A stretch of 64,000 nucleotides of DNA. Source: a virus (Duplodnaviria > Caudoviricetes). Positions 20,128 to 31,184 of the stretch are shown here, piece after piece. The DNA is taken from IMG/VR virus record IMGVR_UViG_3300020577_004280, positions 1-64,000 of that record; one strand, given 5' to 3'. A model generated the notes under the pieces. That model was not told where the DNA came from. It saw nothing but the letters and a program-made list of their open reading frames with translations, and did not search any database. The first letter of the stretch is position 1. Every line of letters begins with the position of its first letter. Both the position numbers and the translations under genes were made by a program.

Positions 20128-20658
20128 GTGCCATATATTAGTAAAGAACAAAGGGAAATTGTAGACCCATACATCAGCACACTGATGGCGGTTATTGCCG
20201 AAAGATTTAATGATGATGAAAAAGAAGGTGTATTAAACTACACTATCACTTCTATACTGGAAACCTTAGCCCGTCAGGATAATAAAACAACTTGGAGGTA
20301 CCGATATATTAATCGTGCTGTTGGCGTACTTATGTGCGTATTACAGGAGTTTTATAGGAGGCTCGCCGGACAATACGAAAACGAAGCTATTGAGAAAAAT
20401 GGAGACCTTGGTATTTACATCAAAAAACAAGATGTTAAAACAGATGGAGTATACGAAATTTACCAAGAAGGATGTATGATTCAAGGAATGGATTCCCCGG
20501 CTAAAAGTCACTTTGTTGCTCAAGTGAAAGCCGATTCATTTCAAAAGGCTTGTGATAAGCACTTTGCTAATGATAGAAACTATAGTAGCAAGCATCTATC
20601 AGTATGGGGATGTAAGTTATATCCAACTGCTGAAGAAGCTAGAAAGTTATTTGGATAA
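20128..20658 (+). CDS. conserved phage protein (MPYI... family) with C-terminal extension
   Basis: MPYI...GVLNYTIT...EFYRR...YE...NGD. Confidence 0.6.
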   Translation: MPYISKEQREIVDPYISTLMAVIAERFNDDEKEGVLNYTITSILETLARQDNKTTWRYRYINRAVGVLMCVLQEFYRRLAGQYENEAIEKNGDLGIYIKKQDVKTDGVYEIYQEGCMIQGMDSPAKSHFVAQVKADSFQKACDKHFANDRNYSSKHLSVWGCKLYPTAEEARKLFG

Positions 20659-20686
20659 CTCATGGGATACAAAGAAGCATTAGAAT

Positions 20687-21331
20687 TTGCAGAGTGCAAA
20701 TATGAGTTTAACTAAAAAATGTAGCGGATGTCTGCTTGACTTACCGTTTGAAAAATTCAATAAATGCAAACAAGCTAGTTTTGGAATACATAATCACTGT
20801 AGGGAATGTCAGAAAAAGACTAGAAGAAACTGGTATCTAAAGCATAGAGAAGAGGAGTTAGAAAAATCTTGTGCTTACGGTAAAACCACTGAGTCTAAAG
20901 CTGCGGCCAAAAGAAGATATGAGTCCGATAAAGAAAATATTTTAAAAATTAATAGAGAAAGAAGAAAAACTGACTCCGCTAGAAAATTAGCTAACCGAGC
21001 TAGAACAACTAGATATTACGACAATCCACAACACAAAATTTCTACAGGTTTAAGACAAGAATTGCGACTATATTTATTCACTAAATATAAATGTAAAAAA
21101 ATAACGTCTTTAATCGGATGTTCTCAAGAGGAATTAAGAAATTATTTTGAATCTAAATTTGCGAATGGTATGACTTGGAAAAATTATGGCTATGATGGAT
21201 GGCATATTGACCATATAGTTCCATGTATAAAATTTGATTTAACTCAACCGTCGGAACAAGCTAAGTGTTTTCATTATACTAACTTACAACCGCTTTGGAA
21301 AAACGATAATTTGTCTAAAGGAACTACATGA
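20687..21331 (+). CDS. HNH endonuclease
   Basis: CSGC/CREC zinc finger; MTWKNYG..WHIDHIVP...CFHYTNLQPLW..DNLSK. Confidence 0.85.
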   Translation: MQSANMSLTKKCSGCLLDLPFEKFNKCKQASFGIHNHCRECQKKTRRNWYLKHREEELEKSCAYGKTTESKAAAKRRYESDKENILKINRERRKTDSARKLANRARTTRYYDNPQHKISTGLRQELRLYLFTKYKCKKITSLIGCSQEELRNYFESKFANGMTWKNYGYDGWHIDHIVPCIKFDLTQPSEQAKCFHYTNLQPLWKNDNLSKGTT

Positions 21332-21777
21332 AGACATTTGATACATTCTATAAGTTTTGGGATTTGCACTTAGATGACCAATACGCTATAGTCGGGAAGT
21401 CGTTTAAAACCAAGAATAGAGAAGATTTATACTTTCCTGTATGCCTAGCTGATAGATATGAAAACTACGGATATGAAATCGGTTTGATTATTGTTCTAGA
21501 TATACGCAAAGCGTATAAAAGTGACGGTTATTGGTTTAAGTATGGTGTTGCGTCACCAGATGACGATGATAGACAAGTTGACTTGACAGGACATCATTTG
21601 ACAAAGTATAGAAAAATAGTTATTGAATATATGAAGTCGTTGCCAGACACCATAAAACATCCTACTAGTATTAGCGATTTATTGAAAAATATTACTGTAG
21701 AAATCAAACCCTATCTTAAAGAAGACGTTAAACTTGACCATAGTTATGCTTTCCCTAAATGGAACTTTAGCTCATGA
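21328..21777 (+). CDS. hypothetical protein
   Basis: 149 aa ORF, ATGA-coupled. Confidence 0.6.
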   Translation: MKTFDTFYKFWDLHLDDQYAIVGKSFKTKNREDLYFPVCLADRYENYGYEIGLIIVLDIRKAYKSDGYWFKYGVASPDDDDRQVDLTGHHLTKYRKIVIEYMKSLPDTIKHPTSISDLLKNITVEIKPYLKEDVKLDHSYAFPKWNFSS

Positions 21778-22259
21778 AATACATTCAATGTCCAGATGAC
21801 TACAATCAAATCTATAATTCAAATATTGTTGGTGTACATCAACAAAGTTTATTTCTTGCTGGTGGTATTACTGGATGTGGTGATTGGCAAAGTGACGTTG
21901 CAAGTAAATTAACAGGTAAATATCTGATTGTGGTAAATCCTCGCCGAAAGGTATGGGATGATAAAATTACAACTTTGGAACAGGTTACTTGGGAATTTGA
22001 GGCTATATCACGTTGTAAGAATATTCTATTTTGGTTTACTCCACCTACGATGAATCCAATTACTCTATTAGAGTACGGAAAGGTTCTAGAGAATAGAGAA
22101 CAGTTTCATGGACACAACATTTTTGTTGGATGTCATCCAGATTATGTTAGACGTGAAGACGTTATTGTACAAACCAAACTAGCTCGTCCAAAATCCAAGA
22201 TAAAAGTCTACGACAATTTAGATGAAATGATTAAGGTGATTAATGACAAATTCCGCTAA
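21774..22259 (+). CDS. nucleoside 2-deoxyribosyltransferase-like protein
   Basis: LFLAGGITGC.DWQ, NPRR, EQVTWE, PITLLEYG. Confidence 0.85.
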   Translation: MKYIQCPDDYNQIYNSNIVGVHQQSLFLAGGITGCGDWQSDVASKLTGKYLIVVNPRRKVWDDKITTLEQVTWEFEAISRCKNILFWFTPPTMNPITLLEYGKVLENREQFHGHNIFVGCHPDYVRREDVIVQTKLARPKSKIKVYDNLDEMIKVINDKFR

Positions 22260-22560
22260 AGCGATTTATAAAATTGGTGATAAAGTAGCCGCTTGCTATG
22301 ATGGTAAATGGTGTAGAGCGAAGAAGGCTACGGTTATTAAAGTATTTGAAGATGTTGTAACTGTATCATTCGTGCCTTGGACTACAGAAGAAAATTTAGT
22401 AGAGTTGGTTTGTAAATACGATGAAGAAAACGATAATTGGGGCGGGTGGTTAACTGGTGTTGGAGAAGTTGGAATACTACGGTCATTGGGATGTCAAGGT
22501 GATTGGTATTCTTTAGTACCGGTCAATTTATTAGAGGAATCTGGATATGAAGTCAAATAA
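22243..22560 (+). CDS. hypothetical protein
   Basis: 105 aa ORF. Confidence 0.55.
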   Translation: MTNSAKAIYKIGDKVAACYDGKWCRAKKATVIKVFEDVVTVSFVPWTTEENLVELVCKYDEENDNWGGWLTGVGEVGILRSLGCQGDWYSLVPVNLLEESGYEVK

Positions 22561-22828
22561 GGAGTTAGATATGGTAACATCTGAGATGGTGGTTAAAGTT
22601 TTAAATGAGATGTTAGCTCTAGACAGAGAGGCTACGCAAAATTTATTCGCATATAGAGCGCTTGTGAATAATGAATTAGCCGAACATCCTACAGTCCAAG
22701 TCAGACAGAACAATACCGTGGGTATCATTGGTGTTATTAATGGTATGCTTGGTGAAGGTGGTGAACCTTTAATTTGTGTTGATAGTGATGATGTTACAGA
22801 TGAGATTCGGGAGTTTAGAGTATTATGA
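22547..22828 (+). CDS. hypothetical protein
   Basis: 93 aa ORF. Confidence 0.6.
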   Translation: MKSNKELDMVTSEMVVKVLNEMLALDREATQNLFAYRALVNNELAEHPTVQVRQNNTVGIIGVINGMLGEGGEPLICVDSDDVTDEIREFRVL

Positions 22829-23235
22829 GAGATATTGATTGTCCACATTGTAGCTTTGCACAATCTAAGAAAACCATAAAAATGGTCCGAGAACTTACAA
22901 TTATAGAAAAGAATTATTCCGGTTGTGGAGTCGATATCGGTTATTGTAAAGATTGCAACCGTAAGTTTCAAATTTCTTATAAGGTAGATAAAATACAGGA
23001 GATTAAAAATAATGGCTAAAAAGGAAGAAGCAAAGTACAAGTATCCAAGTAGATTTGGCTCCCATGCAAGTATGGTTGATAAAATTAAGACTGAGATATT
23101 AGGTAGTGTTGATAAGGTTGTCTGTGTTGATGAATATGGAGATTATATAACATATCGCGATAGGCTTGATAATGGAATGATGGATTCTTTAAGAGCTGAT
23201 GGTAGTCGGGTAAAATATGAAAAGGAAACAAAGAA

Positions 23236-23622
23236 ATGATTGAACTAATCAAGAGTATGTTGGTTAATAATACGCCGGAACAAGTATATAAAATTATGAT
23301 ATCAGAACATTCGCTGATTTCCAACCAATATATAAGTAGTTGGACTATGTTTTATATCTTGTTGGCTGTATTTAGTCTACTGTTTTTTATAGGTAGTAGT
23401 ATATTCTGTTATTGTCATGCTGAAGAAAATTGTGGCGACCCTTCACCAATAATAATTCCAAATGTGTTCAGCGTTTTTATTTTCGCTGTATCTTTAAGTT
23501 GGGCGATATATTGTGGTAATTATGGTAATATTATAATATTGAATAAAATTCAAGAATGTCAGAATGAACGTATATATGCTCAAACAATTCTAAATGGTGG
23601 AACACCTAGGAGACCAAATTGA
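23236..23622 (+). CDS. membrane protein
   Basis: two hydrophobic segments. Confidence 0.55.
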   Translation: MIELIKSMLVNNTPEQVYKIMISEHSLISNQYISSWTMFYILLAVFSLLFFIGSSIFCYCHAEENCGDPSPIIIPNVFSVFIFAVSLSWAIYCGNYGNIIILNKIQECQNERIYAQTILNGGTPRRPN

Positions 23623-24767
23623 GTTATCTGTTTAGCCAAACATTGTATAAAAAAGACCAAATCTGGATATGTAAAGTAATTGATTGTGGTACTTATTCGG
23701 CGATAGATGTCACCTTTGGTAAAATTGGTGGCAAAATGCAAACCAAGAGGACAGTGATAGATGGTGGAAAAAATATCGGAAAATCTAACGAGACTACACA
23801 TCAACAGCAAGCTGTAAGTGAGGCACAATCTAAGGTTAACAAACAGAAAGATAAACTTTACGTAGACGACAAAAATATGATGAGGTCTAGAATTATTCCT
23901 AGACCAATGCTGGCTCATACCTATGACAAACATTCTCATAAAATCAAGTTTCCATGTTATGTCCAACCAAAATTAGATGGTGTGCGTTGTCTAGCGTTAG
24001 ACCCAGACCTATCAGTAGGTCCACCAAATAGACCATACTCTCCAGTATTTCTTTCAAGACAAGGTAAAACTTTTGCATCACTAAAACACCTTACTGAAGA
24101 AGCCGGAAACCTACTACAAGAAATTTCTATTTTAGTCAACTCTCCTGTTAAAGCTAGTGTTTGCCTTGATGGTGAGTTGTATAGTGATAGTCTAGAATTT
24201 CAAAAAATAATTTCTGCTGTGAAGCGTGACGAACCAAACGAACTAACTCATTACATTCAATACCACGTATATGATTTAGCGGCTAGTAGATTAACATACA
24301 AAGAAAGAATGGATGTTTTGACTCAAGCTTTCACTAAGGTACAACCAAAACTAATCGTTAACGTACCTACTTATGAAATTGACTCACCAGAATCGGTGAC
24401 TGGTTTTCATGAATATTACGTTAAACACGGTAAAGAAGGTATTATGTTACGTAATACCGATGGGTTGTACACAAAAGATAAACGAAGTTACGACCTACAA
24501 AAAGTAAAACAGTTTGATGATGCCGAGTTTGAAATCACAGACTACAGTATTGATAAAAATGGTCACGCTGTCTTTCAATGCGTAACTGAAAATGGAGCGT
24601 TGTTTGAAGTTAAACCTCGTGGAGACAATTCAACTCGCGAGGATTATACGGATAATGCAGATAATTTAATCGGTCAGTTCATGACTGTTAAGTATTTTGG
24701 TATGACTACCGGTGATAATCCTGTGCCTAGATTTCCAGTTGGAATCTCTATAAGGTCTTATGAGTAA
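23619..24767 (+). CDS. lig: ATP-dependent DNA ligase
   Basis: PMLA, QPKLDGVRC, SRQGK, LDGELY, YDL, EGIMLR, LQKVK, PRFPV. Confidence 0.92.
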   Translation: MSYLFSQTLYKKDQIWICKVIDCGTYSAIDVTFGKIGGKMQTKRTVIDGGKNIGKSNETTHQQQAVSEAQSKVNKQKDKLYVDDKNMMRSRIIPRPMLAHTYDKHSHKIKFPCYVQPKLDGVRCLALDPDLSVGPPNRPYSPVFLSRQGKTFASLKHLTEEAGNLLQEISILVNSPVKASVCLDGELYSDSLEFQKIISAVKRDEPNELTHYIQYHVYDLAASRLTYKERMDVLTQAFTKVQPKLIVNVPTYEIDSPESVTGFHEYYVKHGKEGIMLRNTDGLYTKDKRSYDLQKVKQFDDAEFEITDYSIDKNGHAVFQCVTENGALFEVKPRGDNSTREDYTDNADNLIGQFMTVKYFGMTTGDNPVPRFPVGISIRSYE

Positions 24768-25209
24768 AGGACTTACAATAAATATGATGAATCTATATCC
24801 GGCTATTAAAGCTCATTTAATGAGTGCTATTTTATCTCAAGATGAAACAGCAAAAGGAATATTACGTGTGGTTCTTGGTGAGCTAGACAACATCGCGGCT
24901 AAACGAGATGTAACACACGATGATTGTCTTAAGGTAATTAAAAAATGTGTGGAATCTAATAACGAAATTATTAAACTAAAACCTTCTGATAAACTTTCTG
25001 AAGAAAACGTTATTCTTACTGCTTACTTACCAGATGAACTAACAGTTGAAGAAATCTTTAATCATATTAAAAATATAGAATTAGGTAATAATCTTGGTAA
25101 AGCTATTAGTGTGGTTGTTAAATATATTCGCGAAAAAGGACTGTATGCAAACGGAAAGGATATTCGTGCTGCTGTAGAACAAAAACTGGAGGAAAATACA
25201 TGCAGTTAA
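24760..25209 (+). CDS. GatB/YqeY domain protein
   Basis: ILRVVLGEL...E..IL.AYLP..LT.EEI helical pattern. Confidence 0.7.
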   Translation: MSKGLTINMMNLYPAIKAHLMSAILSQDETAKGILRVVLGELDNIAAKRDVTHDDCLKVIKKCVESNNEIIKLKPSDKLSEENVILTAYLPDELTVEEIFNHIKNIELGNNLGKAISVVVKYIREKGLYANGKDIRAAVEQKLEENTCS

Positions 25210-26267
25210 ATTACTGTGCGCCAATAAATCAAACTGGTTACGGAGTAGCTGGAATAGAAATATTATCTGCGTTAATGAATAATGGTGTAGATGTAGCTCT
25301 ATTCCCTATTAATCCTCATAATATGACTGCTGATTATCGACACCATCAAAATATTCATCAAGCGTTAAGAGGATGCAATATATTCAATTATCTAGCACCA
25401 ACGCTTCGTGTATACCACCAATTCTCTATGGCTGAATCTATTGGTAAAGGAAAGCGTGTAGGTCTACCATTTTTTGAATTGGACCAATTTAACATTACGG
25501 AAAAACATCATCTGCTGTCATTAGATGTTGTATTGTCTACTTCCAAATGGGCAGCGGACATAGTTAAAAAAGAATGCGAAATCATTTCTCCAATAACACC
25601 TTTAGGTGTAGACACTTCTATATTCAAGCCAACTCCAATTTCTAAAAATCAAGAAACAATATTCATCTGTGCTGGCAAATGGGAAAAGCGTAAGCATAGT
25701 ACAATTATTGAAGCTTTTGAAAAAGCATTTAAACCAACTGATAAATATAAATTATGGTTATTCTGTGATAATCCTGTTAAACCAGATGAAAACGCTATCT
25801 GGGAAGCAAAATTTAAACAATCAAAAATCGCCGATAAAGTAGTATTCATTCATAGACAAGAACAACATACAGATGTTTACGAAATAATGAAACACGCCCA
25901 CTTTGGTCTATTTCCTACTCGTGGCGAAGGTTGGAATCTTGAAGCGTTGGAGATGTTATCTATTGGCCGATATATTGTGGCTACTAACTATTCAGCCCAT
26001 ACGGAATTTTTAAACAATGAAAATTCTATCTTACTAGATGGTGATGGTCTAGAACCAGCTAACGATGGTATCTGGTTTCATGGTCAAGGGAATTGGCTTA
26101 GTTTAGGTCAGAATTTTATAGATAAATTCGCTGATTCTCTACGCACACTATACGACCGCCACCAAAGCGGTCAAGATATATTTAATCACGCTGGTGTATC
26201 TACAGCAAATAAATTCACTTGGAATAACACAGCATTGAAAATTATTGACGTACTAAAGGAGGTATGA
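25200..26267 (+). CDS. glycosyltransferase family 4
   Basis: TGYG, GVDTSIF, GKWEKRK, PTRGEGWNLEALEM, FTW. Confidence 0.88.
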   Translation: MQLNYCAPINQTGYGVAGIEILSALMNNGVDVALFPINPHNMTADYRHHQNIHQALRGCNIFNYLAPTLRVYHQFSMAESIGKGKRVGLPFFELDQFNITEKHHLLSLDVVLSTSKWAADIVKKECEIISPITPLGVDTSIFKPTPISKNQETIFICAGKWEKRKHSTIIEAFEKAFKPTDKYKLWLFCDNPVKPDENAIWEAKFKQSKIADKVVFIHRQEQHTDVYEIMKHAHFGLFPTRGEGWNLEALEMLSIGRYIVATNYSAHTEFLNNENSILLDGDGLEPANDGIWFHGQGNWLSLGQNFIDKFADSLRTLYDRHQSGQDIFNHAGVSTANKFTWNNTALKIIDVLKEV

Positions 26268-26767
26268 TGGAAGAACTTACATTATCAGAATATTTAGACC
26301 TAGCACAACGTGTCATCAAAAAATATGCTAAATCTTTACTCAAAGACCATGAAAATATAGGTGAAGTAGCTAGATTTATGATGATAGCAGATAAAAAATT
26401 TAATGGAAAGGGCATTAGACGTGCTTTTCGAGTGTATTACGCAAAATTTGCTATAAGAATTCTGTTAAACAAAATTAAACGTAAAAAAGAAAAACCAGCG
26501 ATATTCACATTAGACAATAATATGATACCGATTGTAAATACTCGTGAGTCAGTTAAATATAATGTTAACGATTTAATGAAACATTGTCCAGAAAAATATC
26601 GAGACACAATCACTGGTTACTTTTTTGATAAAATGACTATTTATGAATTGGCTAAAAAAGAAAATATAAGTCCGCAAGCTATTAGTTTAAGAATACAAAC
26701 TTGTACTAAAAAAATGAAAGAGAGTTTAGATGAAAATAAACTTACAATTAATGATTTTATCAATTAA
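26264..26767 (+). CDS. sigma-70-like factor (region 4 HTH)
   Basis: MTIYELAKKENISPQAISLR HTH. Confidence 0.6.
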   Translation: MMEELTLSEYLDLAQRVIKKYAKSLLKDHENIGEVARFMMIADKKFNGKGIRRAFRVYYAKFAIRILLNKIKRKKEKPAIFTLDNNMIPIVNTRESVKYNVNDLMKHCPEKYRDTITGYFFDKMTIYELAKKENISPQAISLRIQTCTKKMKESLDENKLTINDFIN

Positions 26768-27086
26768 TCATTCGACTCCTAATGCAAGAATATATCAGGT
26801 ACTAGTTTCACAAGGGAAAATACCATCTGTATTATACAATGGTGAAAACTCACCAGAACAAGAAGTTTTGAAGTTAGCGGAAGAATATATTGAGTTTAAT
26901 AGTTCTGTATATAAAGTTTCTTTACTTAACGTACTAAAAGAGGATGATAGTCTAGCAGTGCTATATGGTCTAATGATACCTGATTTATTTAAAATCAAAG
27001 AGGGTGGATGGAAAAGAATGGAGGATTTAGTTAACGATGAACTGGTTTTACAAAAATACTGTCAATACATCTATAGAATCAACTAA
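26730..27086 (+). CDS. hypothetical protein
   Basis: 118 aa ORF. Confidence 0.55.
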   Translation: MKINLQLMILSINHSTPNARIYQVLVSQGKIPSVLYNGENSPEQEVLKLAEEYIEFNSSVYKVSLLNVLKEDDSLAVLYGLMIPDLFKIKEGGWKRMEDLVNDELVLQKYCQYIYRIN

Positions 27087-27405
27087 CGCTTCACCAGAAG
27101 TATATATAACTTTTTATAAAGATGGTGATGTATTTAGAGTCTCTTGCGGATGTCCTACGGGACAAGAAAACAGGTTTGCTGATTTATGGTTAGTTTTAAC
27201 ATGTGGTAAAAATAGCGATGATATTTTATCTGCTATAAAATTAAACGTTAGTGACGAATCTTATAATAAAATTTTAGATGAGATTAATAAAATCACAGAA
27301 CTAATAAAATCTCTACAGAATTGTACTCCTAGTAAAACATCAGAACCACTTGTCAAACCAAGTGATGTATTTAGGAATATTGAAAATGCCACTAGAACTC
27401 GATAA
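27037..27405 (+). CDS. hypothetical protein
   Basis: 122 aa ORF. Confidence 0.55.
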   Translation: MNWFYKNTVNTSIESTNASPEVYITFYKDGDVFRVSCGCPTGQENRFADLWLVLTCGKNSDDILSAIKLNVSDESYNKILDEINKITELIKSLQNCTPSKTSEPLVKPSDVFRNIENATRTR

Positions 27406-27934
27406 TCTGATAGTTACCCATAACGCGCTAAGAAATCCATCGGCAATTAATAATATTCTAAAAAACGAGAATGTTATTGAATTGATTAAGCGTAAACCTA
27501 TACCCATCATGAAAATACAACAGATTAGGTTTTATAAACCATATGATATGTATTTCATCAGGGATGGCCACCATTGTCTCATTTCTTATTATCATTTCAA
27601 ATTAATTAGTAATTTACCTTTACAAATTGAAGATGATGGATATACTATAGAAGAGAGAACTTTTAGTGAATTGTGGACACCGAATCCAGACGTTGGTTGG
27701 GTCACTCCATTTAATCCTATCACTCATGTACGTAAGCCAAATTTCATATCTTATAAGAAAAGGATAATGGAATTACGTCAGTCAGAACCCACAGTAGATT
27801 TATATCCATTAATTTTGTCTTCTACAGAAGAATACTCAGAAATCAGAGAAGTCTTTACTTTAAAAGACCTCTATTTAAAACATAAGGAGCAAATTACGAA
27901 TGAAAAAAATATCTTGGGAATCAATGCATATTGA
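27350..27934 (+). CDS. ParB-like nuclease fold protein (tentative)
   Basis: YFIRDGHH motif. Confidence 0.4.
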   Translation: MSNQVMYLGILKMPLELDNLIVTHNALRNPSAINNILKNENVIELIKRKPIPIMKIQQIRFYKPYDMYFIRDGHHCLISYYHFKLISNLPLQIEDDGYTIEERTFSELWTPNPDVGWVTPFNPITHVRKPNFISYKKRIMELRQSEPTVDLYPLILSSTEEYSEIREVFTLKDLYLKHKEQITNEKNILGINAY

Positions 27935-28460
27935 TGATATCGAAGAAAATTCAGATATAATTGATGAAGATGATATTCCTGAAGAAGAAATGGATGAATT
28001 TGTCCCGCTAGCCGGTAAACTAATTAATACCCCTATGGGTCTATTTAATATAGATGATAAATACAATCCTTTACGACAATTCGAGCTAAGAATTGGATAT
28101 ACAAATTTTGATATTACCAAAGATACCGCAGAGATTATAGAGGAGTCTCCAGGTGTAGAAGCATTTGCTGTATTAACCAGATATAGATTTATCATTGGAA
28201 TTGGTAAATTATTTACATTTGAAACAGTAAGAAAATCTATTGAGAGTAAGCTGCTAGATAAACCGTTAGATGTTGGGTTAATGGAGGCTTCTAAAAACAT
28301 AAATAAAAACAAAGCTTATTGGGCATTATATCAATTTCCAAACGGTGAAGTTGATACATTAGAAACAGATTCTAAAGATGAATATGATGAAAAAGTCGCA
28401 TTATATAAAGAGGCTGAAACATTATCTGGTGGCGAATTATTAACTTCGGAGGAACTATGA
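27900..28460 (+). CDS. hypothetical acidic phage protein
   Basis: 186 aa ORF. Confidence 0.65.
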   Translation: MKKISWESMHIDDIEENSDIIDEDDIPEEEMDEFVPLAGKLINTPMGLFNIDDKYNPLRQFELRIGYTNFDITKDTAEIIEESPGVEAFAVLTRYRFIIGIGKLFTFETVRKSIESKLLDKPLDVGLMEASKNINKNKAYWALYQFPNGEVDTLETDSKDEYDEKVALYKEAETLSGGELLTSEEL

Positions 28461-28632
28461 ATGATACAGAACTAGAAAGATTAGAAAATACTAAATTATT
28501 GCAAGAGTTTAGAAAATATTTATCAGATTCAGTTTATGATAGTACAGAATACTACGAAGAATTTATGCAAGAATTAGAACGAAGATTAAATCTATTAACA
28601 GAACTACAAGAATTGGAGAAAGTAAGAAGAAC

Positions 28633-29589
28633 ATGGTAATTGATAAGTATTTCTCCGTTTTAGACAAATATGGGTTTTGTGCATTAAAAGGTGTGTTTGG
28701 TGATGATTCAGATATTGAGCTTGCCGCCAGAACTAGTTATGGTAAGGGAACTAGGGGAATATCTGATACAAGAAATCTATTAAGGTATTTACTTAGACAC
28801 CATCATTCTTCGCCCTACGAATTTGTTCAATTTAAATTTCATATTTCGTGCCCTATCTTTGTCGCCAGACAGTGGATAAGACATAGAATGTCCAGTACAA
28901 ACGAATTAAGCGCGAGATACTCAGTATTACCAGAGTGTAATTATTTTCCAGAATACGAACAAATGTCAGTTCAGTCTAAGAATAATAAACAAGGCAGGTC
29001 AGATGACTTACTTGATTTAGACTATTATGAAGAAGAAATAATGGGTATTCAATCTAATACATCTGAGGGATGGTATATCTATAATTCTCTTATTAATAGT
29101 GGTGTAGCTAGAGAAATCGCCCGCACGCATCTCCCATTATCAACATATACAGAATTCTATTGGTCAATCGACCTTCATAATCTATTACATTTCTTAAAGT
29201 TAAGATGCGATAGTCACGCACAATGGGAAATCAGACAATACGCTAATATCATCGCTGGTATAGTTAAGGAATGCTGTCCGTTAGCTTTTGAAGCATGGTA
29301 TGATTATAGCTTTAAATCGTTTAATTGGACTAGGTTAGACCAAATTTTATTGCACCAAACAAAATCATTCATTTTTAATGATTCTCCTGATACTAAAAAA
29401 AGTGTATTAAATATTGGTGAGTCTATCGGTATGAGCAAACGTGAAGTTGAAGAATTTTTATTAAAGTTGAACCCGCCAACCGAACAAGATTTTACCTTGA
29501 ATTTATCTACAGCGAAAAACGCTGAACATTATCAAAAGATAAGACAAGGAATGACCGATGAGAATCAAACTGGTAGCAACACCGGATAA
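28633..29589 (+). CDS. thyX: FAD-dependent thymidylate synthase
   Basis: AARTSY, HSSPYE, RQWIRHR...NELSARY, AREIAR, NLLHFLKLR, AQWEIR. Confidence 0.95.
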   Translation: MVIDKYFSVLDKYGFCALKGVFGDDSDIELAARTSYGKGTRGISDTRNLLRYLLRHHHSSPYEFVQFKFHISCPIFVARQWIRHRMSSTNELSARYSVLPECNYFPEYEQMSVQSKNNKQGRSDDLLDLDYYEEEIMGIQSNTSEGWYIYNSLINSGVAREIARTHLPLSTYTEFYWSIDLHNLLHFLKLRCDSHAQWEIRQYANIIAGIVKECCPLAFEAWYDYSFKSFNWTRLDQILLHQTKSFIFNDSPDTKKSVLNIGESIGMSKREVEEFLLKLNPPTEQDFTLNLSTAKNAEHYQKIRQGMTDENQTGSNTG

Positions 29590-29992
29590 TCTTACTCAAG
29601 AAATAAAAGAAGTGTTAGATAATCTTGATAAAGAGCTATTTTATGGCTCGCCGCTCTTTCAAAAAAGCGGTAGTTGGTGGTGGATAGTTTATGATGGTAT
29701 AAAACCTGTAGCGTTTGCTGGTTTAACACCATATCCAGCTAATAAGACAATGTTTCTTTCAAGATGTGGTGTTCTTAAGTCTCATCGTGGTATGGGTTTA
29801 CAACGTAAATTAATCAAAAAAAGAGAAGAGTTATCAATCAAAGAAGGTTACAAACGAATTATTACATATACATCATATGATAATATTTCTAGTGCTAATA
29901 ATTTAATATCGTGTGGATATAGACTTTATACTCCAAAATGGGTATGGGGATTTAAAGACAGTTATTATTTTTGCCGTCATATAAATAATTAA
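29558..29992 (+). CDS. GNAT acetyltransferase
   Basis: V.KSHRGMGLQRKL (motif A), N..SANNL..CGY. Confidence 0.85.
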   Translation: MRIKLVATPDNLTQEIKEVLDNLDKELFYGSPLFQKSGSWWWIVYDGIKPVAFAGLTPYPANKTMFLSRCGVLKSHRGMGLQRKLIKKREELSIKEGYKRIITYTSYDNISSANNLISCGYRLYTPKWVWGFKDSYYFCRHINN

Positions 29993-30065
29993 AGTTACGT
30001 CGCTAGCGAACGTCGATTAGTCGATAGTTCGCTTTTTTCGTTTTTGGACTACGGGAAAGGAATTA

Positions 30066-30548
30066 ATGGAAAAAATTACAAGTCAGTTAATCACATCAAC
30101 TTACACAAAGTATAAGGAGTTAATCGATAAATGTGCTGCAATAGCAAGTAGAAAGTATAAAACTTTGTTTACTCAAGATGAATTAGAAAATTGTAAATTA
30201 CACGCTGTATATAAAACTTTGTCTAATTTTGATATTACTAAAAATACTAAATTTACAACCTATTTATGCAATAACATTAGATGGGAAATAGCAACTTTCA
30301 TTAAAAATGAGATTAAATATTATCAAAAACATAAATCTATTCAAGTGAGAGTTTCTTATAATGAAGATTTTAATAGCAATGATATGCTTTTAGATATCAA
30401 TGATAGTGATACTAGGGATTTGGTGCGAGATAAACTAGTCAAAGATATGACTTTCCGCGAAATAGCAAAAACTCGTAATATTTGTAAAGAAACCGCGAGA
30501 AAAAAGTTTATTACCTTTCTTGAGGAATTTAAGCAAAACAGTGTATAA
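30066..30548 (+). CDS. sigma-70-like factor
   Basis: region 2 FD...TKFTTYL...IRW and region 4 MTFREIA...KETAR. Confidence 0.7.
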   Translation: MEKITSQLITSTYTKYKELIDKCAAIASRKYKTLFTQDELENCKLHAVYKTLSNFDITKNTKFTTYLCNNIRWEIATFIKNEIKYYQKHKSIQVRVSYNEDFNSNDMLLDINDSDTRDLVRDKLVKDMTFREIAKTRNICKETARKKFITFLEEFKQNSV

Positions 30549-30549
30549 A
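30541..30549 (+). promoter_or_regulatory. GTGTATAAA phage promoter-like motif
   Basis: same core as the motif upstream of minus-strand endonucleases; heads the membrane/structural cluster. Confidence 0.45.
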
Positions 30550-30613
30550 TATATGAGGGAACTGGATAAATATATAAATTTTAGGAACTTAGGAAGAAAC
30601 CATATTCGGTCAG

Positions 30614-31168
30614 TTGGCCGTATGGAGAAGAATAATGGCACAGACAACAGTAAAAGCGGGAGCGGTACATAATAACGGTAGCACTATCTTAAATGGTGGA
30701 AACGTTACATCTTCTACAATCAATAATCTAACTATTCGTAATAGCGTTTACAAAAGCGTATACGGTTCACACCCTATGCTTGCCGTAAGCGCTGCTTCAT
30801 CTGGTAATATTGGTACACGTAAGATTGTATCTGCCGGTACTTTTGGTAAACTAACAGAAGGACAGTACAACGTCCGTCTATTGGGCACAACTATTGCTGG
30901 AGTATCAACATACGCTCTACGTAGTGGTGCTTCAGATTGGGGTGTTCGCAGACCAATCGCTAAATTAGAAAGTGGTCGTAGACTACATATTACATCTTGG
31001 AATTATGCTACTGGCGCGGCTACATTCGGCGGTTCTCGTGGTGCCTCTGTAAGTTTTGGTACTGATTATGCCGCAAGACCAAGTATGTCAGTCCCAGGTA
31101 AATTAACATTCTTTACTGGTAAACTAGTTCCATCAGCTACAGCATACGCAGCTAAATACGCATACTAA
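30614..31168 (+). CDS. putative virion/structural protein
   Basis: Gly/Ser/Thr/Ala-rich; probable start MAQTT at 30635. Confidence 0.45.
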   Translation: MAVWRRIMAQTTVKAGAVHNNGSTILNGGNVTSSTINNLTIRNSVYKSVYGSHPMLAVSAASSGNIGTRKIVSAGTFGKLTEGQYNVRLLGTTIAGVSTYALRSGASDWGVRRPIAKLESGRRLHITSWNYATGAATFGGSRGASVSFGTDYAARPSMSVPGKLTFFTGKLVPSATAYAAKYAY

Positions 31169-31184
31169 TTAGAAAGTTAGAATA